DNA from: Candidatus Marinacidobacterium sp. | Lineage (GTDB): Bacteria > Acidobacteriota > Vicinamibacteria > Marinacidobacterales > Marinacidobacteraceae | Direction: 5' to 3' | Assembly: GCA_965204755.1 (NCBI GenBank) | Contig: OZ242011.1 | Location: forward strand, 2,784,001 to 2,848,000 | Length of the DNA: 64,000 bases | Shown here: positions 27,083 through 36,640 of the stretch, one piece after another | Numbering within the stretch: the first letter of the stretch is position 1 | Layout of the letters: each line of letters starts with the position of its first letter | The notes under the pieces: model-generated | Told to the model about the DNA's origin: nothing | The model's database searches: none | The model's input: only the letters and a program-made list of their open reading frames with translations | Made by a program: the position numbers and the translations under genes

Positions 27083-29557
27083 GTGTTTGCGCGCCTAGGT
27101 ATCGGGGCACGGACCACGGTCCGTGGCGCGCGTCGGTCGCCTGCCAGCGCGTTGGCGGTCGTCGTCGTTCTCGGCGCGGCGGTCACCGCGGACCTGGCGG
27201 TCATCGCCGTCTGGAGGGCTGTGATCGAACGGTCGTGGCCTTTCCGCTCCCCGGAAACCGTCGTCGAAGTCCGGATGGGCTCCGCGGAACCGGGCTCCGC
27301 CCCCGGAGCGCTCCGCTTCACATGGCCGACGGTGGAAGAAGTGGCGGCGGTGCTCGAACGCTCCGAGTCGTTCACTTGGCTCGGCCAACACACCTTCGAG
27401 GAGGTCGTTATCGGGGACCGTCCGGGCGGCGCTTCGTATCTCGCTGTGTTCGTCGGGGCAGGTCTCCTCGATTCCTTGGGAACGGCGGTCCCCGTGCTGG
27501 GCCGTTCGCTGACCCCGGAGGATCACGCGGCTCCCGGTGCTGCTCCCGGCCGACCTCGTATATCGCCGCGCGGCCAGCCCGTAGTCGTCGTCTCACATTC
27601 CTTCTGGACCTCCGCTCTCGGCGGTTCCGCCGCCGCTGTCGGTCGAGAGATCACGGTCGGCGGCGCTTCGGTGCGCGTCATCGGGGTTCTGCCGCCCGAT
27701 TTCTTCTTCCCGAGACCGGAAGTGGCGATGTGGATGCCTCTTCGAGACGACACGAACTCGACCGACTACCGGCTCTTGGGCACCGCTCGGCCGACCGTCG
27801 GCCGGTTGGCGGCTGGCGTTTCGCCGGAGGCCGCCGCCCGCGAACTGGCGGTGACCCTACGGAACGCCGAACTCTCCATCCGGAGAGGTGGCGAAGTGCG
27901 GGTCATCGTCCAGCGCTTCGGCGAACGAACTACTGCGGCGGTGCAACCGGTCCTCGTCCTCCTCCGGGTCGGCGGTTGGCTGTTCGCGCTCGCCGCCGCG
28001 GTGAGTTGTGCGGGTCTGCGGCTCTTGCGAACCACCCGCGAGCGGCGCGCCACTCAAGTCCGATTCATCCTCGGCGCATCCCTCCTCCACGAGATAGGCG
28101 GGACGGCGCTCCGTATCGCCGCGTTCGCCGCCGCCGCGTTCGCCGGCGCCGCTCTCACGGCGCCTTATCTCCTGCAGTTGTTTCGCCGCCTCGGGGCGGC
28201 GCCGCTCACTGGACAGGAATGGAGCGTGAGCCCGGCCGTCCTGCTCTCGGGTCTCGCCACGACGATCCTCATCGCGACTCTGTCGGAGTCTCCGGCGCTC
28301 GCCGCCCGGCTGCGTCTTCGGAGGAACCCGTTGGCCCCGGCTCCACTCGGCGCCGCGGGCGGCCGCCGAATGCTCCGCAGCCTGCTCGCCGCCGGAATCG
28401 CCTTGGCTACCTCGGCACTCACCCTCACCGCCCTGCTCGGAACGAATGCCTGGGCGCTGCTCGTCGGCCGCGGCGGCTACTCCGACGAGAACCTCGTCCA
28501 AGTCAGCGTGGACTTCTCCGGACGCTCGCCGAACGAGAGGGCTCCGCACCCCGAGAAGATCAACGCGCTGGAACGCGCCGTCGAGCGGCTGGCCGCCTTG
28601 CCGATCGTCGAGGCCGTGGGATACGCCGACTCCCTGCCGGACGAGAGCGCCGGTCGGTCGTTCCGAGTGGGGCGAACCCGGCGAACGCGCAACGAACCGG
28701 TCGTCTTCGGAGGCACCCGGCGAATCCGCGGGGTAAGCCCGGGCCTGTTCGGCGCCCTCCGCATCCCCGTGCGCGAGGGAAGGGGATTCCATCGGTCCGA
28801 CGACCCGCCCGGCGAGCGCGTCGTCGTCGTGGACCGAAACCTCGTGACCCACTCGGACGAACCGGTGCGCGTAGATGGCTTCGAGGAGATCTCGATCTTC
28901 GGCGACGCCCGCGTAGTCGGAATCACCGAGCCCGTCCGCGTGTTCCCTTCCGGCGCCTCGACCCCCGTGGCCTACCACCCCATCGCCTGGGAACCGGGAG
29001 GCCGCTCCGAACTCCGCCGCGCCCAACTCGTGGCCCGCCTCCGCTCCCCGCCCTCGGACGAACAGATCGAGTCTCTCGCCGCCACCGTCTCCACCGCCCA
29101 CCCCCTACTCCGCATCCGCCGCGCCGAAACCACCCGCCAACGCCGCCTCCGCGCCCTCGGAATGGGAGTCCTCGCCGGCGCCGCCCTCGGTGCCTTCGGC
29201 GTCGCCGGCCTCCTGCTCGCCGCCCTCGGCGTCGTAGGAAATGTCCTGGACGAGGCCGCCGCCGGCCGAAAGTCTGCGGCCATCCGCCGAGCCCTCGGCG
29301 CGTCCGAGACCGAAGTCGCCCGAGAAACCCTCCGCCGCACCGCCACTGCCCTCGCCACCGGCGTCAGCCTGGGCGCCATCCTCGGCTTCATCGCCTCCCG
29401 CCTGGTGGCCAACCGCGTCACTTGGGTAGAGACCGGCGACCCCTTCGTCTACCTCGCGCCGATAGCCACGGTACTCCTGCTCGGCGGCGCCGCCGCGCTT
29501 TTCGCCGCCCAACGAGGCGTCCGCGCCGAACCATGGACAGCGCTCCGCTCGCTCTGA
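27083..29557 (+). CDS. Divergent ADOP/MacB-like permease
   Basis: VVVVSHSFW, VIGVLPPDFFFP and AIRRALGAS; duplicated permease layout. Confidence 0.8.
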   Translation: MFARLGIGARTTVRGARRSPASALAVVVVLGAAVTADLAVIAVWRAVIERSWPFRSPETVVEVRMGSAEPGSAPGALRFTWPTVEEVAAVLERSESFTWLGQHTFEEVVIGDRPGGASYLAVFVGAGLLDSLGTAVPVLGRSLTPEDHAAPGAAPGRPRISPRGQPVVVVSHSFWTSALGGSAAAVGREITVGGASVRVIGVLPPDFFFPRPEVAMWMPLRDDTNSTDYRLLGTARPTVGRLAAGVSPEAAARELAVTLRNAELSIRRGGEVRVIVQRFGERTTAAVQPVLVLLRVGGWLFALAAAVSCAGLRLLRTTRERRATQVRFILGASLLHEIGGTALRIAAFAAAAFAGAALTAPYLLQLFRRLGAAPLTGQEWSVSPAVLLSGLATTILIATLSESPALAARLRLRRNPLAPAPLGAAGGRRMLRSLLAAGIALATSALTLTALLGTNAWALLVGRGGYSDENLVQVSVDFSGRSPNERAPHPEKINALERAVERLAALPIVEAVGYADSLPDESAGRSFRVGRTRRTRNEPVVFGGTRRIRGVSPGLFGALRIPVREGRGFHRSDDPPGERVVVVDRNLVTHSDEPVRVDGFEEISIFGDARVVGITEPVRVFPSGASTPVAYHPIAWEPGGRSELRRAQLVARLRSPPSDEQIESLAATVSTAHPLLRIRRAETTRQRRLRALGMGVLAGAALGAFGVAGLLLAALGVVGNVLDEAAAGRKSAAIRRALGASETEVARETLRRTATALATGVSLGAILGFIASRLVANRVTWVETGDPFVYLAPIATVLLLGGAAALFAAQRGVRAEPWTALRSL

Positions 29558-29743
29558 GCCCTACGCCCTACGAACGGGGCGAACGGTCCTGCCGGAATCA
29601 GCCGACGCAGGGGCCGCCCGATGAGAACCCGGTTAGTTCAGCCAAGTATTACCACAAGGCGTTGGATCGAGTTTGCGTCCACACGGAATCCAACCCGTCC
29701 CGTACGGCAAGGCGCACCGACAGATGCTTCGGCGGGCCAAGCC

Positions 29744-31000
29744 CTACGGCTGATAGTGGGCGTCACGAATACGCCAATAGATGTCGCTGTCCTTTAGTTC
29801 GCTGTTGCGTTCAAGATAGCCCAGCACCGAGTATCGCCCACATGAGGCCGGGTTCATCTTTGCCCCCGCTGACAGAAGGGCTTCAAGGACATCTGGATTC
29901 TTGCTCGAGTTTGCTGCGGAGTGAAGCGGAGTGTCGCCAGTTCTGGTTGGCATCGCTTGGTCTCCCTCATAGTAGCATTTCACTTCGCGACCACCGACTC
30001 GGACTCCTACCCGCTGCCCTGTCCGCGCGGCCACATCCGCCCCCGCGGTGACGAGCGCGGTGACGACCTTCGGATCCGGATTGGAGGAAGCGGCGGCGTG
30101 AAGCGCCGTCGGGCCCAGTTCCCGCTCAACCGCAGGCCCCACTCTGATGGTTGGCGTGGAGCGGTTGCCGGTCGCGGTGTAGGGAACATGAGTATCGGCG
30201 TGGACATCTGCACCCGCGGTCAGCAGCGCGTTGACGACCGCGACGGAGTTCGCCGCGGCCGCGACAATGAGAGGTGTCTGTCCACCATTTGCTTGACTTC
30301 GACCGGGCATTTCCCGTGCCTCGATGTCGGCGCCGGAAGAGAGCAGTGCACGCAATACCGGGACATGCGGGTTGTGGCGCGCTGCTCGAAGGAGGGGTGT
30401 TCCTCTGGCCCCCGTCGGAAAGTAGCCAGTGTCCCACTGTCGCGCCTCACGCCATTGGCCCAGATTGAAGGATCCGTCGTCCAGCGCCTCAATCGGTGCG
30501 CCGGCATCTATCAACATGGCGATCACTGCCGGATGCGAGGTGCCCTCGGCGGCCGTGTGGAGGGGCGTCTTGCCGTCAGTGTTCCGTGAACTGGCGCTCA
30601 GTCCCTCCGTTATGAACCACTCAACCACGTCTGGCGAGGCATCGCACAGACCCGCAAGGTGCAAGAATGTATTCCCCACGCCATCGCGGAACCGGCGAAT
30701 CTGTGTCCTGTCGTCGTCTGAAGCAGCGGAAAGTACGGTCATGGTGAGGACAGACTCGGCAGCTTCGCATGTGCCCGGAGGGAGTCCTTGGAGTGCGGAC
30801 GGTGGACGAACGGGGAGAAGTGTTGATGCTGACGCGGCAAGAAGCGATGCGGTGCCTCGTGCAGTCGGTCGCGCACTGCGCGTGGAGGGTTCGGTGACCG
30901 TTGTCGCAACACTGTGGAGGGGGAACCCCGCCAGAAGTGTGCTGACCGCGATCAGAAGGAAGGGTGAAAAGTTGACGCGATGGCGGTTATCGTGGGGCAT
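29744..31000 (-). CDS. Secreted ankyrin-repeat protein
   Basis: Signal-like N-terminus; TPLH/TPLL/TALH..LL.AGAD repeats. Confidence 0.85.
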   Translation of the reverse strand: MPHDNRHRVNFSPFLLIAVSTLLAGFPLHSVATTVTEPSTRSARPTARGTASLLAASASTLLPVRPPSALQGLPPGTCEAAESVLTMTVLSAASDDDRTQIRRFRDGVGNTFLHLAGLCDASPDVVEWFITEGLSASSRNTDGKTPLHTAAEGTSHPAVIAMLIDAGAPIEALDDGSFNLGQWREARQWDTGYFPTGARGTPLLRAARHNPHVPVLRALLSSGADIEAREMPGRSQANGGQTPLIVAAAANSVAVVNALLTAGADVHADTHVPYTATGNRSTPTIRVGPAVERELGPTALHAAASSNPDPKVVTALVTAGADVAARTGQRVGVRVGGREVKCYYEGDQAMPTRTGDTPLHSAANSSKNPDVLEALLSAGAKMNPASCGRYSVLGYLERNSELKDSDIYWRIRDAHYQP

Positions 31001-31389
31001 GTGTGTCAGCGACCGGCCAGCGCGACCGGAGGTGGAACGGAAGGGAAAGTATCTTGGTCAGGGGATGCCAAGATTGGGTTTCTGGTGTCCGACGGCGGCA
31101 GCGCGGACGATTCAATCGCTTGCCCGATGCGGGTGGTGCGCCGACCGTCGGTGCTAGGGTGCACACCCATAGAGCGGTTGCCGGCCAGCGGACACCAGAG
31201 GCTCGCACCCTGGCCGCCCAACTGACGGACCGCCGGCTTTGGCGGAGCAGCGCGAGATTCGGAAGGCAAAGACACGGAGTACGCGGTTCGCGGCGCGAGT
31301 GCGGTCAGGTGAGCGCGAGATGGGTCGGCTCTGTGTTGTCTAGCGACGCGACGGAGTGACACCCGAGAGGCTTGTTTCTCTGCTGGCTG

Positions 31390-31728
31390 CTACCGCAGAA
31401 GCGCGCGGCGACGCTTGAAGATCATCTCGTAACTGGCGCTTCCGCGGCCCCGGCTGGTGGCCCGCCGGGCAAACACCAACTCCCACCCGTCCTGCCCGAG
31501 GGTGTCCATGGTCTCCTCGAAACTCAGGTCGTCAGGAGACTCGATCGAGTACTCCCACCTGGGCGCGAGGATCTGCAGTCCCAAGGCGTGCAGAGCCAGT
31601 AGTCCCGTGATCACGCCGATCAGGATGACGGTCCAGTTCGTCGTCTTGGTTGACTTCGGTGGCGTGGGCACGGGTGGGGCGTCGGGCGGCGCGTCCTTGC
31701 TTGACGGTTCGCCAACAGTCGGTGCCAT
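31390..31728 (-). CDS. DUF4177-like membrane protein
   Basis: TM helix followed by WEY..LGQDGWELV..IFKR. Confidence 0.65.
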   Translation of the reverse strand: MAPTVGEPSSKDAPPDAPPVPTPPKSTKTTNWTVILIGVITGLLALHALGLQILAPRWEYSIESPDDLSFEETMDTLGQDGWELVFARRATSRGRGSASYEMIFKRRRALLR

Positions 31729-32210
31729 GAGGAGACCTCGCGTGTTCACTACGGCGTTGGTTGCGCCGTTCAGGGAGCGTCCTCGACTCGAGCGGGGGAC
31801 TCGGGACGGTTCGCCATCAGTTCGAAAGGTGTCAGGGCTCGCGTTCGAAGTCGGCCCGTCGGTGCCGCCGGGGAGTCGGTGATGGTCTGGCCGGCCCGAG
31901 CGGCGCACTTCCACACGGGCGGGTCCGAGGTTCGGGCTGACGCCGTGGCCGGCGAGAACGGGTCGTCAGGCAACCTGGCTTCGCGAGCGGCGGAGAGCAG
32001 GTGGTCCGGCCGGGCTCGCGACATGACACGATGGGACGATGGGGCGCCGCGTTGCGTGGCGCTGCGCTGCTTTCGGGAGCCTGTGGCCGACGGGCGCTGC
32101 GGAGCGCGGCAGCGACCTATTCTGAACCGCCGACTTCTGCCCAAACCGAACCAGAGCCGAGGCGACTCCATCACTCTTCAACTTGTGAGTTCCTCGCATC
32201 GTGAGACCAG

Positions 32211-33173
32211 CTACCGGCAACTGAAATGCGGTATGTCCTCTCCGGGAATCTCGACAGTAAATTCCTGCTCCTCGCTCCAGTCGCTGCATCCGACGAGTTC
32301 GTCGCGATTATCGGGATTGCGTGACCAAGATTTCCGCATCGCGTTGAGGGCCGCTTCCTCGTCATAGAGAGTACATACCCTTATTTCCATTATGCATCCA
32401 TGTTCATTTCTGTTCGAGCCGTAGTTCCCAGCGCTATCGGGACTGTAATTGAATGGAGCAGGGTAGAGTGGCTGCCGGCTGACTGGGCGGGTATTCGTCT
32501 GGACTACGTACCCATATGCGCCAGCTACGGGTCGCCAGGTAACCTGTTTAAGGAAACCGCCCTGCGAGGCTTTGGACTCAAGAGTGCGCATTTCGAAGCC
32601 GGACGGAGTGTGGTTCGAGTCGGCTTCGACAGTCTGCCCAATTATGGTGTCGCTCCAAGGACTGTGGGCGCCGGCAGTGTTTTCGGCTCGAACGCGAAAA
32701 CAATAATCTTGTTTCTGGTTCGCCAGCAGCGCGCGGTGGCTGGTCTCGAGAACCTCTAGGTCTATCTCCGTCTCGTACAGGTCTCGTTGGAAGAAGCCCT
32801 CGTGCGCGAAGATATCTAGAAGTCGGTCCGGAAAGAACCGGCATCTCTCATCCCAGTCGACCTCCAATCGGTAGAGAGCGGCATCCGGTACGGCATTCCA
32901 CTCCAGGTCGATAAACATGTGAGTTTCCGTCGCACCCTGTCCGACGACCCGTAGTCCCGAAGGCGCTTCGGGAGTCGTAGGTAGCGGCGGCGCGGGAGGC
33001 GGAGACGGTGTCGGTGTGCTCGGGGGTTGAGGATCCGGAGTGGCCGGCGATGAGTCGCCGCCGGTGCTGTCGCAGGCGGTGGAGAAGAAGACGAGGAGGA
33101 GAAGCGAGACCAAGGCGAGGGTGACGCGTCGGATCTTCCTGGAAGGGGGGAGATGGGGCAGTGGGGGAGTCAT
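32211..33173 (-). CDS. Fibronectin type III lipoprotein
   Basis: Lipobox STAC, Pro-rich linker, PEAPSGL..LEWNAV..YCFRVRAEN..SPWS. Confidence 0.75.
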   Translation of the reverse strand: MTPPLPHLPPSRKIRRVTLALVSLLLLVFFSTACDSTGGDSSPATPDPQPPSTPTPSPPPAPPLPTTPEAPSGLRVVGQGATETHMFIDLEWNAVPDAALYRLEVDWDERCRFFPDRLLDIFAHEGFFQRDLYETEIDLEVLETSHRALLANQKQDYCFRVRAENTAGAHSPWSDTIIGQTVEADSNHTPSGFEMRTLESKASQGGFLKQVTWRPVAGAYGYVVQTNTRPVSRQPLYPAPFNYSPDSAGNYGSNRNEHGCIMEIRVCTLYDEEAALNAMRKSWSRNPDNRDELVGCSDWSEEQEFTVEIPGEDIPHFSCR

Positions 33174-34096
33174 CGGTTGTTTTCCTGAGGATCGCCCTCT
33201 TTGGGAAACCAGATCCATCCCTCACTGGTCTTGATGTCATCTACGCTCGCGGAAGTAGACGTTCCCGTCTCTTCGGCCAGCCATGCGACGGCTTCGGGGT
33301 GCTCGGGTCCGACGCTCTCGGCGAGCAGGAAGTGAAGTCCTTCCAAGACACATAGGACGGCGTCGATGCGGTCGTGGTCGTAGTTGATCTGTCCGCCCTT
33401 CGGTGGTGTCGGACGCAAGTCATCCGCGTTGAGCGTTAGCCGAGCGGGAAGGTCTTCCTCTACGATCTCGCGACGATTCGTCTGGGCGAGTTTGGAGTCT
33501 TTACTCTTGTAACGAAGTCTCTTGGCCTCGTGGTTTCCCCGCAGATGCTGCAGCGTCAGTCGGGGATAGACCTCGATGGCGCCGGTCCGTTCCAAGCCAC
33601 GGGCGTCCCAGAGCAGTGGAACGGTGGACTGTCCGTGCTCGCTGACTCTGAGTCGGCCGAGAAGTTCCAACGCGGATCGCGCGACGCGGGCGATGCGGTC
33701 CGCGCCGATATCGAGCGGAGCGCCCGGGAATTTCTGCGCGATGAAGCGATCCGTGTGCCGTCGAAAGAGGTGGTTTCCGGGGTTCCGATCCTTGTGTCGC
33801 GGGTCGGAAGGACGCCCGAACGACGCGCCGGCGCGGTGGTCGTGAAGTGCGCGCGTCATGTGGATGGGCCAACCCAGAGGCGCGTCGAGTGCCAAGAGCG
33901 TTTTGCCGAGCCCGTCGGCGTAATGGCGGTTGATCCAGCACTGAACCTGCGCTACGAGATCGTCGAAGCAGTTGTCCGAGCCCTTGCCCTTGTCAACCTC
34001 GACGATCTCCACCGTGCTCCCCCGGACCAAGCCGCGGGCGAGTCCGAAGTCCTTCGGTTGGGCGGCGCAGTCGATGCCGATGATCTGGATGCTCAT
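33170..34096 (-). CDS. DUF429 (predicted RNase H-fold nuclease) protein
   Basis: IIGID, ALDAPLGWP, RRHTDR, IEVYP and IDAVLC..EGWIW. Confidence 0.8.
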   Translation of the reverse strand: MSIQIIGIDCAAQPKDFGLARGLVRGSTVEIVEVDKGKGSDNCFDDLVAQVQCWINRHYADGLGKTLLALDAPLGWPIHMTRALHDHRAGASFGRPSDPRHKDRNPGNHLFRRHTDRFIAQKFPGAPLDIGADRIARVARSALELLGRLRVSEHGQSTVPLLWDARGLERTGAIEVYPRLTLQHLRGNHEAKRLRYKSKDSKLAQTNRREIVEEDLPARLTLNADDLRPTPPKGGQINYDHDRIDAVLCVLEGLHFLLAESVGPEHPEAVAWLAEETGTSTSASVDDIKTSEGWIWFPKEGDPQENNR

Positions 34097-34680
34097 CAGG
34101 GGGCCTTCTTGGCGGCTTCGAGGAAGGCCGTGGCGTCCTCGGCTGCAGCGGTGAGTTCCTCCGAGAGCGCCATCGCTTCGTCGCGTTCGGTTGCGGCTGT
34201 TTCGAGTTCCTCGTAGGCGCTACGCAGGGCCTCCCGGGCGGCGACGACCTCGGAGTTTGCGGCTAGGGCTTTCTCGAAGGCCTCCTCTTCCGCCTGTTTG
34301 ACGGTGTTACTGAGGGCGCCGAGTCCCGCCGTGAACGCGAAGTCCCGCTCTCCGCCAGCGAGGAGTTGAGCGATACCCGCTTGTCGTCCCATGCGACGAA
34401 CATCCTCGGGAACAGCCGCCTTGGCGGCGGCGCGCGCCGCCGGCTCTGCCTCTTCCAGGACCGTCGCCAAGTTCTCTTCCGCGAGAGCGACCGACTGTTG
34501 CGCGCTTTCGATGCGTTCCTCGGTCGGAATCGCCGCCCGGGCCTCGTGCGCCGCAGCCCACTTGGCTTCGGCGTCGAGCCGCGCGGCCTTGATCTCTTCG
34601 GATTCGCAGCCGGTCACGAGGATTGCCAGCCCGGCCGCCGCTGCCGGTACGAGCATGAGTCGGTAGCGTCGCGACCTCAT
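34096..34680 (-). CDS. Coiled-coil lipoprotein
   Basis: Lipobox VTGC; Ala/Glu-rich helices; TGATG coupling to the next gene. Confidence 0.7.
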   Translation of the reverse strand: MRSRRYRLMLVPAAAAGLAILVTGCESEEIKAARLDAEAKWAAAHEARAAIPTEERIESAQQSVALAEENLATVLEEAEPAARAAAKAAVPEDVRRMGRQAGIAQLLAGGERDFAFTAGLGALSNTVKQAEEEAFEKALAANSEVVAAREALRSAYEELETAATERDEAMALSEELTAAAEDATAFLEAAKKAP

Positions 34681-34739
34681 CTGCGTTCCCTCCTTGCGAG
34701 GACTTCGAGACTTTCCGCCGGCGAGAGCGGAATTCAAAA

Positions 34740-34771
34740 ACGCTACCCCCCCCCCCCCCCGAAAAAGTCAA
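34740..34771 (-). promoter_or_regulatory. Sigma70-like promoter with a G15 tract in the spacer
   Basis: Minus strand TTGACT-TTTTC-G15-TAGCGT. Confidence 0.7.
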
Positions 34772-34963
34772 TACTTTGGATTAGCCCCTATTAATTCAAC
34801 GAGTTACGGGCCGTCGTCGTCCGGAGTTCTCGAGTCGCCGCCCGCTCACGCCTCCATTTCGGGCCGAACAGTCCGGAATGTCCGCGGAGCGCCTACATCG
34901 CCGTGGCGCGCTCCGACCGGCCGTGGTTCGGCGGCGTTCCGCCACTACAATCCGCGGTGGTTC

Positions 34964-35334
34964 GAGTCGTTCAGACGGTCGCCGGCTCCCTTCGGGGGGC
35001 GGGAGGAAAGTCCGAACTCCGCAAGGCAGTGCGCTGGGTAACGCCCAGTCCGGGCAACTGGAAGGAAAGTGCCACAGAAAACAAACCGCCTCTCCGTTCG
35101 CGGAGCGGTAAGGGTGAAAAGGTGCGGTAAGAGCGCACCGCCCGGGCAGCGATGTCCGGGGCACGGTAAACCCCGCATGGAGCAAGACCAAATAGGGAAG
35201 CGCCCGAGGGCCGCCTGTCCGATGCTTCCGGGTAGGTCGCTCGATCCGGCGGGCAACCGTCGGGCTAGATACATGACCGCCGTCCCGTTCCGGGCGACCG
35301 GTTCGGGGAACAGAATTCGGCTTACGGGCGGCTC
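34964..35334 (+). ncRNA. rnpB: RNase P RNA (bacterial type A)
   Basis: GAGGAAAGTCCGAACTCC, AGTGCCACAGAAAA, GGTAAACCCC and AACAGAATTCGGCTTA; P1 GAGTCGTTC/GGGCGGCTC. Confidence 0.97.
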
Positions 35335-35392
35335 GGACCCTCGCCGCTCTCCCGACGAGGCGCGCCGCCCGCGGCCGGGGGCCTGAGTCTCG

Positions 35393-36331
35393 ATGCTCCT
35401 CGTCACCGGCGGCGCCGGGTTCATCGGCTCCTGGCTCGCGCGGCGCGCGGCGGAGGCCGGCGAGCCGGTGCGCGTGCTCGACGACTTCTCCACCGGGCGG
35501 CGCTCCCGGGTGGACGGCCTCCCCGGGGTGGAGGTGGTCGAGGGGGACATCACCGACCCGGCGGCGGTCGAATCGGCGCTCGTCGGCGTCACCCGGGTGG
35601 CCCACTTGGCGGCCATGTCGTCGGTGCCCCGCTCGGAGGAGGAACCGGAACTCGCGGCGGCGGTGAATGTCCGGGGCACGCTGGAAGTGCTGGGCGCTTC
35701 GCGGCGGGCCGGGGTCTCGGCGCTGGTTTACGCGTCCTCGTGTTCGGTGTACGGCGACGGGGGCGACGCGGTGCTCCGGGAGTCGGACCCGGTGAACCCC
35801 TCGTCGGTGTACGCGACGACCAAGTTGGCGGGGGAGCGGCATGTGGTCGTCCACCACCGCACCGGGGGGCCGCCGGGGGTGGCGCTGCGGTTCTTCAATG
35901 TGTACGGCGCGGGGCAGCCGGCCGACTCGCCCTATTCCGGCGTGATCGCGCGGTTCACCGCCGCCGCGCTGGCCGGGGAGCCGGCGGAAATCTTCGGGGA
36001 CGGGGACCAGACCCGCGACTTCGTGCATGTCTCCGATGTCTGCGCGGCCATCCTCGCGGCGCTCGACCGGGCGTCGGACGAGTCCGTCGGGGGCGAAGTG
36101 ATCAATGTGGGCTACGGGCGGCGGACCTCGGTGCTCGACATCTGGGGGATCACCGCGGACGCCGCCGGGGTGAAGATCGACCCCCGGTTCGCGCCGGTTC
36201 GCGCCGGCGATGTGCGGAACGCGGAGGCGGACACCGGGAAGGCGGAGCGGCTGTTGGACTTCCGCCCCCGGGTCATGCTGGAGAACGGGATCGCCGAAGT
36301 CGTGGCCGCCGCCGGGGACGCGGACGCGTAG
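35393..36331 (+). CDS. NAD-dependent epimerase/dehydratase (GalE-like)
   Basis: TGGAGFIG, YATTK, LRFFNVYG and GDQTRDFVHV. Confidence 0.92.
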   Translation: MLLVTGGAGFIGSWLARRAAEAGEPVRVLDDFSTGRRSRVDGLPGVEVVEGDITDPAAVESALVGVTRVAHLAAMSSVPRSEEEPELAAAVNVRGTLEVLGASRRAGVSALVYASSCSVYGDGGDAVLRESDPVNPSSVYATTKLAGERHVVVHHRTGGPPGVALRFFNVYGAGQPADSPYSGVIARFTAAALAGEPAEIFGDGDQTRDFVHVSDVCAAILAALDRASDESVGGEVINVGYGRRTSVLDIWGITADAAGVKIDPRFAPVRAGDVRNAEADTGKAERLLDFRPRVMLENGIAEVVAAAGDADA

Positions 36332-36640
36332 CGGGCGGTTCGGCGGTCGGCGCCGGCGCCGGTCGGCGCGGGCCGGGATAGTCGGTTTCTTGAGAAAACC
36401 GAGTGAAAAGCCGGTTTATCAGGTGTATTTTCGGCGAAAATGAAGGTTCGCGCCGCGCGGGAGGCGCGGGGACGCAGGGTTCGGAACCGAGGCCGGTCGG
36501 GTGTCGGGAGGGGTCGGCCGCGGGGCGCCCGAAGGGGCGCCGGGAACGCTGATTGCACCGCCGGGCGCCGCTCCGAAACCCGCCGGCAGCCCTTTCCGGT
36601 TGCCGGAATTCGCGCCCTTGGTGTATAGGATGAGCCGGAA

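Noticed and set aside
31000-32210. Possible ncRNA or extra genes in the long intergenic gaps of the island
   Set aside because: No repeat, covariation or recognisable motif visible apart from the DUF4177-like ORF.
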